Source: Chiloscyllium plagiosum
Taxonomy: Eukaryota
Assembly (NCBI RefSeq): GCF_004010195.1
Contig: NC_057719.1
Span: forward strand, 14,258,364 to 14,322,363
Length of the DNA stretch: 64,000 bases
Direction: 5' to 3'
Shown here: positions 1 through 10,830 of the stretch, in pieces
How positions within the stretch are numbered: the stretch's first letter is position 1
Layout: every line of letters starts with the position of its first letter
Made by a program: the position numbers and the translations under genes
Notes under the pieces: generated by a model
The model's database searches: none
Seen by the model: the letters and a program-made list of their open reading frames with translations, nothing else
What the model was told of the DNA's origin: nothing

Positions 1-19
1 CAGAAACATGAAACGAGGA

Positions 20-915
20 AGTGTTTATTTATTTGTTCGTGGGACATGAGTGTTGCAGCTGGACCAGCATATATTATCCATCCCTAATTATCCTGGAGAA
101 AGTAATGGTGAGCAGCTTTCTTGAACTGCGGCTGTCAATGGTTACAGGGACAACAACAATGCTGTCAGGAAAAGGGTCTCAGGATTTTTGCTCAGCGACA
201 ATGTTGGAACAGGGATATATGTGCCAATCCAGGAAGATGAGAACAAGCATAGTGGTCCCATACATCCGCTATACTTCATCTTTAAGGTGGTTGAGTTTGT
301 GGGTTTTTAGAACGTGCTTTCAAAAGTATCTTGGTCAGTTAGTCCAGTGCATCTTGCAAATGGTCAACACTATTCCCGTCATGTAGCGGTAGTGAAGGGA
401 ATTGGCTTTGAAGGTTGTGGAGGAATACAGATCAAGTGGGCTGCTCTGTCCTGGACAGTGTCAAACTCTTTGAGTGTTATTAGAGTGAACCCCATCCAAG
501 GAAAATGTGAGGACTGCAGATCCTGGAAAGCAGAATTGAGAGTGTGGTGCTGGAAAAGCACAGCCGGTCTGGCAGCATCCGAGGAACAGGAGATTTGACA
601 TTTCAGGCATAAGCTCATCATCAGGATGAAGGGTTCATGCTCAAAACGTCAATTCTCCTACTCCTCGGATGCTGCCAGACCTGTTGCGCTTTTCCAGAAT
701 CACACTCGCAACTCTGAACCCCATCCAGGTATCTGAATGGTATTTCATCACATACCTCTGTAGATGGTGGACAGGTATTGAGGTGATGAGATGTGAGTTA
801 TTTGCCACAGAAACCCTAGTCTCTGACACTCTTTTGTAACCATATTGTCAAAGTTCAGCTTCTGGTCAATGGTAACCTCTAGGATGTTGGTGATGGTGTG
901 TTCAGTGATGATAAC
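20..915 (-). mobile_element. Degenerate CR1/L2-type LINE 3' fragment, interrupted by a palindromic insertion
   Basis: Minus-strand residues LEVTIDQKLN...QRLGFL...LSTIY and LDTVQDRAAHLI (ORF2 C-terminus). 3' end shared with the Deu-SINE tails. Confidence 0.7.
499..714. mobile_element. Palindromic Penelope-terminal-repeat element (family A)
   Basis: About 85-bp inverted arms (539-621 / 625-707). TSD tgaaccccatcca at 486-498 and 715-727. Confidence 0.8.
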
Positions 916-1254
916 GTGATTGAACATCAAAGGAAATTAACAGAGATAAATTACTTTAAGGGTATAAAAAGAATGGAATTGATTTTTTGCACTAACCTGA
1001 CACAGTGACCAATAACATACAGCACTGACTTCAGAGTTCCATTTCAACCCATCATCTAAACTCCTAATCAGGTGAGATACTGGGATTGAAATTGGCTTTC
1101 AGCTATGGAATAAAATGGGTGGCCTTAAATTGGCAGCCTAGATTACATTACCATGGCTGAATTTTATTTCTTACTGAAGTGATAAGCATACTATTATTGA
1201 TTCTGTCCTCCTGCCAAAGAGCAGAGCCATCTTCACCACTAGCCCAATGGACTA

Positions 1255-1582
1255 AAGAATTAGAATTAGAATCCCAACAGTGTGGAAACAGGCCCTTTGG
1301 CCCAACAAGTCCACACCGAACCTCCAAAGAGTAACCCACCCAGACCCATTCCCCTACATTTACACCAGACTCATGCACCTAACCTACACATCCCTGAACA
1401 CTACGGGCAATTTAGCATGGCCAATTCACCTAACCTGCACATCTTTGGATTGTGGGAGGAAACCCACACAGACGCGGGGAGAATGTGCAAACTCCACACA
1501 GGCAGGCACCCAAGAGTGGGAATTAAACCCGGATCCCTGGTGCTGTGAGGCAGTAGTGCTAGCCACTGAGGCACTACGCCAC
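1255..1582 (-). mobile_element. HE1-type shark SINE
   Basis: tRNA-like head with A/B boxes, conserved body (tgtggagtttgcacattctcccc), CR1-like tail ending in (tctaat)n. Confidence 0.85.
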
Positions 1583-1716
1583 TCCTAAAGAAATTGGAAA
1601 TAAGAAAAAAAGAGTTTCAAATCATAGCAAACTGCAATGTGCAAATCATAGGAGATGTAACATAAACCATACAAACAGTTAGGCTGCAAAGGCTTGAATA
1701 TAATTAATGATCTTAC

Positions 1717-1845
1717 CTTCACAGCCTGTTCCATCAGTAGTAGTGGTGTAGCCCTGAGCACAGAGACAGTGATAAGATCCTCCTTCATTGTTTATGCATT
1801 CTCCATTTGGACCACAGATGTCTCTGGCCAAGCATTCATTAATAT
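1717..1845 (-). CDS. LTBP2: LTBP2 exon: cbEGF, duplicate of 6589-6714 (DINECLARDICGPNGECINNEGGSYHCLCAQGYTTTTDGTGCE)
   Basis: 129 nt, catAG/GTAAGA, phase 1-1, open frame, six Cys. Confidence 0.88.
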
Positions 1846-2399
1846 CTATGGAGCAGAGAACATACTGCAGGAAGTATGACACTAACAGTGGGCGCCCAGA
1901 AACAAAAGCAAGAAACATTGACCCTAAAACCAAATTAACTAGAATTGGGACTTTTAACCATCCCCATTAATTATCCTCTGTTCTGAAGAAGAACTCTGTC
2001 TTGTCCATCACAGATGCTGCCAGGCCTGCTGAATTTCTCCAGCTATTTCAGATCTTCAGCATCACAGTTTTGTTTTATTTCATCCAACTAACTTTTCACA
2101 GTTTTCCTCATTGTTTGGGTCAGCTGTTTATTAGAGCCAATTGCTTTGGTCCAAATCTTCATCTTCAGATAAGGAAGAAAGCAGCTAGCCCACACACCGG
2201 TGAAAGTTGTGTGTTTCTGTTTCCGAGTACAGAACGTTTCATGTGGACTTTACAAAATTTTGGATACACAAGAGCTCTTGCAAAGTCAGCAATATCATGA
2301 AAATCCAAAATCTTTGAGGAAACTCCTTACACTAAGTAGCCACAATCCAACTGTAGTAATAAGCTGAAACAATCCTTTCATATATATTTTTGAAACACT

Positions 2400-3085
2400 G
2401 GGATGTGAATGTTGTCCCAGTCATCTTTGTCTGTATGTATAGAAACTAGTGATAGCAGTTCATGTCTTTTGATGGCCAGTTGGTGTTCGTGTATCCTGGT
2501 GGCAAGTTTCCTGCTAATTTGTCTGATGTAGTGTTTTTTTACAGTTCTTGCATGGTATCTTGTAAATAACATTAGTTTTGCTGGTTGTATCTAATGGATC
2601 CTTTAGGTTCATTAATCGCTGTTTAAGTGTGTTGGTAGGTTTGTGGGCTACTATGATGCCAAGGGGCCTTAAAAAATCAGGACAGCTAAACAGGACAGAT
2701 TTCCAAAACATGAAACCAGATGGATCCAACACACCATGCTTCTATGGATTATCAAAAATACACAAAGCTAGTGCCCCACTCAGACCCATAGTGTCCCTAC
2801 CTGGACAAGCAAAATAAAGACTTGCATGAGAATTCTTAGAGACATGACATTCTAACCAGAGCTCCATCAAAAAATACATCAATTTAGGCCCCATCTACCT
2901 TCCCTTGAAAAAAGAACCAGAAATGAGATCACCCACCTTAAGAAACCAAGACCTATAAATAGAGAGGCAGGACATACCACCAGTGCTTCACCGGAGACTC
3001 GCACTGATAAAGTTACCTAGTATAGTGATGAAATATCTGAAAACAAACCTTCAAGGTCAGTGAGCTAACTTACATACGTATCAGT
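2400..3085. mobile_element. Rearranged Penelope-like retroelement fragment (GIY-YIG inverted, RT piece, 3' end)
   Basis: Minus 2400-2668 encodes IVAHKPTNTLKQRL...NVIYKIPCKNC...RKLATRIHEHQ. Plus 2668-2805 encodes TPCFYGLSKIHK...PLRPIVS. Plus 2802-3085 is the ORF end and terminal repeat. Confidence 0.85.
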
Positions 3086-3149
3086 AATCTTCCTAACTAC
3101 TTGCTACACATGCATGGCCACTGTCAATGACTAATGTGAATAGATGGGG

Positions 3150-4125
3150 AGGCCCAAAGACCAAACCTCATGTAGCCCATTAGTTACTACCTTACACTAC
3201 AAAAAGGACCTATGTTTTGTTTGTTTTATTTTAATTTTTTTTTGTTTCCTGTCTGCTAAATCAATCTCAGTCTATGTTAGCTACTTAACCTTAATTCCCT
3301 TTGCTTTAACTTTGCACATTAAACTCTGATTTGGGACATTGTAAAATGCTTTCTGGAAATCAATATTCACCAAATCCACTGCTTCTCCCTTATCTTTTCT
3401 GTTAGCTGTGTTCTGAAAAAGCTCAAGTAGGTTTGACAACCATGATTTCCCATTGATTAATCCTTGATGACTTTGTCTAAGTTACTTGTTAACTTATCTT
3501 TCACAGTACATGTCCTATATAATCGTTATAATAGACTCCGGGGTCTTCCTGACCACTGTTAATATACTAACTAATTTGTAACTTCACGTTTTCGTCTTCT
3601 CCCTTTTTTAAAACAATAGTGGGGTTACATTTGCCACCCTCCAACTTGCTGGCACTGTTGCAGAAACTATAAAATTTTGGAAACTGACAACTGACATATC
3701 CATTACTTCAATGGCCACTTCCTTTAGTAGCATGGAACATAGATAATCAAACCCTGGGGATTTATCAGCTTTGAGTCCCAATAATTTCTCTGGCACTATT
3801 TTCAAATTTAGTTCAATTTCTTTTTCTTTATGAGATTGTTGATTTCCTAACATTTCTGTGAAGATATATACTTTCATTCATGAAGATAGAAGTAATTATT
3901 TAATTGTCCTGTTTTTCCTTGTCCTACATTATCAAATTTCCTAATTTGTTCTGTGAGGGGCTTAAATTAGTCATCAGTCATATTTTCTCTTTATAACGAA
4001 TGCAGAAGCTTTTACATCCTGATTTTATGTTTCTTCCAAGTTTACTCTTATACATGATTCTTATCTTAAGTAATCTCTTGTCTTTCTTTGTTGAATCCTA
4101 AACTGCTTCCAATCTGAATTTTTGT
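3150..4125 (-). mobile_element. Degenerate CR1 LINE ORF2 fragment
   Basis: LKADKSPG...LLKEVA...VPASWRVANVTPL motif on minus strand. Confidence 0.8.
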
Positions 4126-4266
4126 TACTTTCCTGACCAGCCTTACTTCCACCCCCTCCACAAACTATGCCTTCAACTGCCCCCAAATTGAGTGGCAGTC
4201 CTCTCCACCACAACCCGGTCACTCTGGTTAATCCCAGTCAGGAAGCCAGTCACTTTCTCAACATGG

Positions 4267-4372
4267 CAGTTAAACAGGACAGACTTCCAAAACATGAAAC
4301 CAGATGGATCCAACACACCTCACTTCTATGGATTACCAAAAATACACAAACCTGGTGCCCCACTCAGACCCA
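4267..4372 (+). mobile_element. Isolated Penelope RT fragment
   Basis: QLNRTDFQNMKPDGSNTPHFYGLPKIHKPGAPLRP, near-identical to 2684-2788. Confidence 0.85.
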
Positions 4373-5824
4373 CAGACAATCGTTAAGGTGGTCAGATGCA
4401 ACCCCTAAATGGACATTCATTGACTATTTATTTACTGCTGAGTTGTGAAAGACTCCAGTGTACCTTTTTGTCCAGAAACTAATTGACAATGTGACAGGCA
4501 GTCTCCAGTAACTATCTGCCCAGTTATTTCTCCCTGCTGGGTATGGAAAGTTGTATTTGCGAGTTTCTAGGTATTTAACATTTTGCTGATTAGTTTTGAG
4601 TGAAATCTAGTTTACTGAACATTTCAAAATAATTCATGGACTATTGCTCTGGACTATCGTTCTGGAATTTTCTGACAGCAGAGGGGTAAAGTTTTACTTT
4701 GGCTGTTGGCTACATGCCCTTCTGATTGACACAGTGGAAGGGAAACAGGATGGACCTGCAATGAGCGAGTTATTCCCTATCATTCACTTTCCCCGCTGAA
4801 ATTGAATTTCACGTCTAGCCGATTTCACAAAGCGTGAAATATAAAAGACTTGTGCTCTTAACAAACTTGACTATTACTTCACAAACTCTCCATGACTTAA
4901 TTAGAGTAATGGCTAAAGTGGCTGAATTGAATAATTGACCGAACTGTCAAAATGTTCTGTTGATAACTAAATAATAACAAAACAAACTATTGCTATCCAG
5001 TAAGACAGATATTAAAAATAAGGAAGCTAATAAATGTGCTCTTACACTGTAACTGCTTGTGATTGGTAGTGAGTCTTTGTTAAAGTAAAGTCTTTAGAAA
5101 GACAAAGCTATTCCTGTGCAGGAGAGCTGAAGAATGGTTTCTCTTGGCAATAGCCAACCTGCATTACAAGCTTTGTGATTCACCAAAATACTGAATGCTA
5201 CATGAATGAAGACGACCCCTCACTAAATAACCTAATTTTTTCCACTGGGCATTATAATCCCAATCATGACCCTTGGGTGATGTTCCCCAATTCATCAGTA
5301 ATTTTTAAATTCTGATTTAATCTTAGTTTGATTTTGTTTTCAAATTGTGCTTATTTGCTTTAATCAGAATCTTAATTAAAACTATTTTATTAAGCCACAC
5401 TGAAACACCATAGGTGTTGGGTTCTTGATTATGGAGTGATTGAGATTTCAAAATAAGAATGTGATTTCATATTTGTTCAAATTTTCTGTGCCACATTTTA
5501 TGGAATTTCTGTAAAGCACAATGTCTACTCTATGGATAAAATTGACACCTTGCAAATGGGGTGCACTTTGGACTTTTTACTTTGGACTTTAAAAGGCATA
5601 TTATATCTTCTTGTCACTTTACTAACTTTCTTTACCTTAAATATGCTTAGGTCAAAAATTGCAATGAGTAAAACCTGGCCAACAATTTGACTCCTGGACT
5701 CTAACACATCAAACGTGAAAATATTAGCTGAAATATGCAATTTTTACAATGACAACATGCATATTGTAATTGAGAATAAAAATGAAATCTCATGCTTATT
5801 TTGAAATCTCAAATAGCCTTGTTA

Positions 5825-6380
5825 CTTTTTTTTATTCATCCATTCATGGAATTTGGATATCTCTGGCTGGCCAACAATTATTGTGAGCTGTTTTCTTGAT
5901 ATACTGCAGGCCACAGACTGTAGGTAGACCCACAATGCCATTAGGGAAGAAATCCCAGGATTTTGACCCAGTGAAATATTTTCAAGTGAAGGTGGCAAGT
6001 GGCTTGGAGGGCAACTTACAGGTGGTGGTGTTCCCATGTGCTTGCACCTCTTGTACTTCCAGATGGAAGTGGTCGTGGGTTTGGAAGGTGCTAACGAAGG
6101 ATCTTTGGCAAATTTCAACAGTGCATCTTGTAGATAGTACATACAGAGCTTTGGTGATGGAGGGAGTAAATGTTTGTGATGTAGTGCCAACCAAGTGGGC
6201 TGCTTTGTCTTGGATGGTGTCAAGCTTGTTGAGTGTCCAGGCAAGTGTAAAGTATTCCATCACACTCCTGACTTGTGACTCGCAAATGGTGCACAGAGAC
6301 TCAGGAGGTAAGTTACTCCCTGCAGGATTCCTAGCCTCTGTTGTAGCCACTGTATTTATATGGCGAGTCCAGTTCAGTCG
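5825..6380 (-). mobile_element. CR1/L2-type LINE 3' fragment
   Basis: SQVRSVMEY...LNKLDTIQDKAAHL on minus strand. 3' end atgaatgaataaaaaaa. Confidence 0.8.
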
Positions 6381-6588
6381 GCGATGGCAAGATGCAAAAA
6401 ATGTGACTTTGGCATGTCACATAATCTCAATTGAATGAATTGTCCTATGAGAAAAATACCTGATAAACTTGAGCAGTCAATTATGATTCAGTGCTCTGTC
6501 AGGTCAAAATGAATTCTCATAAATGCTGGTATCATATTAACATGACTAACTTATTATAAGCATGTGTTCTTATCTTAACTGGTCTTAC

Positions 6589-6714
6589 CTTGGCAGCCTG
6601 TACCATCAGGAGTAGTGGTGAAACCCCTGGCACAAATGCAGAAATAGGATCCTTCACTGTTAACACATTCTCCGTTTGGACCACAGACATCCTTGCTCAA
6701 GCATTCATTCATGT
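6589..6714 (-). CDS. LTBP2: LTBP2 exon: cbEGF (DMNECLSKDVCGPNGECVNSEGSYFCICARGFTTTPDGTGCQ)
   Basis: 126 nt, tatAG/GTAAGA, phase 1-1. Resembles recalled human [32 protein letters not shown] module. Not translated in the ORF track. Confidence 0.92.
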
Positions 6715-6813
6715 CTATAAAAGTATATTCATAGCAAAATTAGAAAAAAGATGGAAGACAGTAGAAAATAAACTCTCAACAATTCAATAGGAAATGCAAC
6801 AAATTAATTGAAT

Positions 6814-7133
6814 ACAAAAAACAGAAATTGCTGGAAAAGCTCACCAGGTCAGGCAGCATCTGTGGAGAGAAATCAGACTTAACATTTCAGGTCAAGTGAC
6901 CCTCCGAATGGTTCTGGGGAAGGGTCACTGCATTCGAAACATTGACTCTGAGAAATCAGAGCCAACGTTTCGAATGCAGTGACCCTTCCTCAGAACCATT
7001 CTGAGGAAGGGTCACTTGACCTGAAATGTTAAGTCTGATTTCTCTCCACAGGTGCTGCCAAATCAGCTGAGCTTTTCCAGCAATTTCTGTTTTTGGTTCC
7101 GATTTACGGCAACCGCAGTTCATTTCATTTCTT
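6814..7133. mobile_element. Compound palindromic Penelope-terminal-repeat element
   Basis: About 135-bp inverted arms centred on gaaa near 6952, each arm itself made of two opposed half-units. Approximate TSD aattaatt(g/a)a(a/g)ta. Confidence 0.8.
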
Positions 7134-7437
7134 AATTAATTAAGTATGTTGGAACAGCAGGATGTTTCTTACATGACGTTTTCCATTGCTTATTTTTATG
7201 TCACCATTTCACACACTTCCTTCTAGCTTTTTCTTGGTGCACCCCACCTCCCCGTGTCGTGCTTAATAATCATGATGTGGAGCAGTCTTGTTCAAATGTA
7301 ATTTTTCTATCAAAACCTCGCTTCCTCCACTGACTTATTATTCTGTGTTAATCACTTTCTTCAGTTGACCTGAATTTTTGTAATTATGGAGACAGACGCT
7401 CTCCCTGAAATTCTACTCTCTTTTCTATTGCAGTTGG

Positions 7438-7968
7438 GTGGCTGGAAGAATACAGCAAGCCAGGCAGCATCAGGAGGTGGAGAAGTCGACGTTCCAGGTG
7501 TAACCCTTCTTCAGGACCATGGGTGGGTATAGGGGGAGCTGTAGATAAAGGGGGGTGGGGAGGGGGGCGGAGCAGGGTGGTGAAGTGGGGCTAGGTGAAG
7601 ACAGGTAGAGAGTACGGCCTGGTTGGTCAATGGGAGGAATGAATCCGGTTGGTGGCAGGGAGGAGTGGAAGGGCAGGGGAGGGGCTGGGAAGGGAGTTGA
7701 GGGAAGAGAAGAAAGATTATTTGAAACTGGAGAACTCAATGTTGAGTCCTCCGGGCTGGGGCTGCCCAGGAGGAAGATAAGGTGTTGTTCCTCCAATTGC
7801 GGGGTGGTTCATTTTGGCAATGGAGGTGGCCAAGAATGGTCATGTTGGAAAGGGAGTGGTTGGGGAATTGAAATGAGCGGTGACTGGGAGGTCTGGTTGG
7901 CCCCTGCGGGCCCGGCTGCGATGCTCAGTGAGCCGTTCCCTAAGTTTACGTTCGGTCTTACCAACCTC
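7438..7968 (-). mobile_element. Penelope-like element 3' end (GIY-YIG C-terminus plus terminal repeat)
   Basis: VGKTERKLRERLTEHRS...PDLPVTAHFNSP and LEEQHLIFLLGS motifs, followed by the same terminal repeat seen in family A palindromes. Confidence 0.88.
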
Positions 7969-8039
7969 CATTTTAAAACGCTCCCTTTCCGACATGACCA
8001 TCCTTGGCCATCTTCCAATCTTTCTCTTACAGCTCTCTC

Positions 8040-8240
8040 TTCTGAAGGGAGGCTGGATAAGCTTGGATGTTTTCTTTGGAGTACAGAAGGCTGAGGGGAG
8101 ACCCAATAGAGGTGCATACGATTATATGGGGCATGAAGATGGTGAATGGAAAGTAGCGTTTTGCCTTTGTTGAAGGGTCGATAACAAGGGGGCATAATTT
8201 TAAAATGAAAGGTAGAAGGTTTAGAGAGGAATTTGAGAAT
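8040..8240 (+). mobile_element. CR1 LINE 3' fragment
   Basis: RLDKLGCFL..RRLRGD motif. Confidence 0.7.
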
Positions 8241-8745
8241 CATAGACTCCCCACAGTGCAGAAAGAGGTTATTCAGCCCATCAAGTCTGCACTGATCTTT
8301 CGAAAACTATCTCCATCACCCTAGGAAGAAGTGGGTACTGCAGATGCTGGAGATAAAGTCAAGATTAGAGTGGTGCTGGAAAAGCACAGCAGATCAGGCA
8401 GCATCCAGAGCAGAAAAATTAACATTTCGGGCAAAAGCCCTTGATCATTGAATCCATTCCTATTAAAGGGATTTTGCCTGAAATGTCAATTTTCCTGCTC
8501 CTCAGATACTGCCTGACCTGCTGTGGTTTTCCAGCACCACTCCAATCCTGATACCCATCACCCTAACCAAACCACCCAGCCGGCACATGCCTGGACACTA
8601 CAGGATAATTTAGAAAGGACAATCCTGCACATCTTTAGACTGTGGGAAGAAACTGGAACACACGGAGGAAACCTATATAGACATGGGGAGAACTCCACCC
8701 AGACAGTTGCCCGAGGGCGGAATCGAACCCTGGTCCTGGGTCCTC
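8240..8745 (-). mobile_element. HE1-type SINE interrupted by palindromic element
   Basis: HE1 tail 8240-8323 and body 8555-8745. Confidence 0.7.
8324..8554. mobile_element. Palindromic Penelope-terminal-repeat element (family A)
   Basis: Inverted arms of about 85 bp. TSD ccatcacccta at 8313-8323 and 8555-8565. Confidence 0.8.
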
Positions 8746-9375
8746 TATGCCAATTCTTTTGCCAACCAGCCTGTAGGAGGATTTCCTGTAAAGTCTGAGG
8801 GAACCTCCAGAGGCCCTGAGGGTTGGGGGATGTGCAATGAGGGTAGCCTTCCCACAAAGTGTATCAATCCGATCTGTAGTGGAACCCTTTTGGCACGTGC
8901 CAGGGTGCTTTGGCAGCTGTGCGGGTCATAGTCCTGAATCTCGTTTGGAATCGGATTTGATTGCAGAACAACAATGCCCAGTCTTGGACAACAACAGCCC
9001 TCCAGCCAGTTTGTTGACCAGTGTGTTCAGACAAGCCCATCACTGACCTGCAGCAAGGAGTGTTGATTCTGAAAATTCTGATTTTGGAAGTAAGGGGTGC
9101 AACACTAATTGCCCGCCCCAAATTGCAGGAACAAATCAAGAGTTAAGTGTCTGGAACTACCTGTAGGTCAGACCAGATAAGGAGGACAGATAGCATTCTC
9201 TAAAGGGTACTAGCGACTCAGATATGTTTTTAACCACAGTGAGAGCTTTTTATTCCAGATTTACTAATGTCACAGCCTCATGTCCTTTAAATATTAACCT
9301 GGGGTTCTGGATTACTCGGCCACTAAGCCACTGTAAGATAATGCAATCAATTTCGCTGTGCTATGTACTGGGTCA

Positions 9376-10049
9376 AAGTTAAAAATCACACAATAACACC
9401 AGGTTATTGTCCAACAGGTTTATTTGGAAGCACTAGCTTTCAAGGCACCACCTACCACCAGTGGCACCCTTATACCATCCAAAATCAGAATTTTCAGAAT
9501 CAACACTCCTTGCTGCAGGTCAGTGGTGGGCTTGTCTGAACACACTGGTCAAAAGACTGGTTGAAGGGACAATTGTTGTCCAGGGCTGACCATCGTTGAT
9601 TAGATTACTTACAGTGTGGAAACAGGCCCTTCGGCCCAACAAGTCCACACCGACCTGCTGAAGTGCAGCCCACCCAGACCCATTCCCCTACACCTAACAC
9701 TATGGGCAATTTAGCACAGCCAATTCACCTGACCTGCACATTTTTTTGGATTGTGGGAGGAAACCGGAGCACCCGGAGGAAACCCACACAGACACGGGGA
9801 GAATGTGCAAACTCCACACAGTCAGTCGCCTGAGGTGGGCATTGAACCCGGGTCTCTGGCGCTGTAAGGCAGCAGTGCTAACCACTGTGCCACCGTGCTG
9901 CCCAATCTCAATCAAATCAGGACAACCACCTGATGAAGAAGCAGTACTCCGACAGATGGTGCCTCCAAATAAACCTGTTGGACTATAACCTGGCATTCTG
10001 CAATTTTTGACTTTGTCCACCTCAGTTCAACACCGGCACCTCCAAATTC
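9376..10049. mobile_element. Palindromic element (family B) with captured sequence and nested HE1 SINE
   Basis: Arms aaaaatcacac...caccaggttat.gtccaacaggtttatttggaagcac and its reverse complement. TSD tg(t/c)actgggtca at 9364-9375 and 10050-10061. Confidence 0.78.
9597..9903 (-). mobile_element. HE1-type SINE
   Basis: Full head-body-tail, low divergence from other copies. Confidence 0.9.
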
Positions 10050-10504
10050 TGCACTGGGTCAGCAGGGCTTGTGACTATCTCCTAAAAGGTGGAAATTCAA
10101 CAACCCATTATTCTGACTGATAACACACACTTTGAGTTTTAATTTCATGCATTTGCACAAAGTGTTGTATTTTGTTCCCTTTTGTCTGTTAATTTGCAAT
10201 AGAAAATCTTAAAATGTAAATTTTTTTTTGGAAGTCTTTAATAGACATGACTTTTTGGTACAGTAACAAAAAAATGTTGCTCTGCTGACTTACTGTCTAA
10301 GATATTAAAGCAGGGACCTATCAAAGGATGGAACAGACTCTGTTTGAAGGAGCTTAGGGGATTTCTGGCCTGGCTTTTATACCAATTCAGGCAGGAGAGG
10401 ACCCTGTGGTCTCAGGGATCAGAGACTTCAAGCAAATGCACAGGGACAGGCAGAAGCAACGGACAGAGAAGTGGGATATAATGGCCCTCATTGTTCAAAG
10501 GCTA

Positions 10505-10830
10505 TTTTTATTCATTCACAGGATGTGGATGTCGCTGGCTGTACACTATCCATCCCCCTTGCCCAGAAGGCAGTTGAGAGTCAACCACATCACTGTGGGA
10601 TTGGAGTCACATGTAGGCCAGACCAGGTAAGAATGACAGATTTCCTTCCCTGAAGGACGTAACTGAGCCAGCTGAGTCTTTCTGACAATTCGCAATGATA
10701 TCATAGGTTTTATTTTTAGAATTTTTTATAGAATCCAAGCTCCACCATTTGCTAGGTGGGATTCGAACCTAGCTCCCAGAACATTAGCCGAGTTTCTAGA
10801 TTAATAATCCAGCAATACTATCACTTAGCC
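10505..10830 (-). mobile_element. tRNA-derived Deu-domain SINE (SacSINE1-like)
   Basis: Core ttacctggtctggcctacatgtgactcc...gtggttgactct on minus strand. Related copies at about 9140-9335, 18530-18870, 19705-20080, 25835-26155, 28070-28425, 29725-30080, 33290-33940, 34505-34715. Confidence 0.7.

Noticed and set aside
1280..1588. Recurrent ORFs such as GNLAWPIHLTC...CGRKPEHPEETH
   Set aside because: Translations of HE1 SINE copies, a common annotation artefact.
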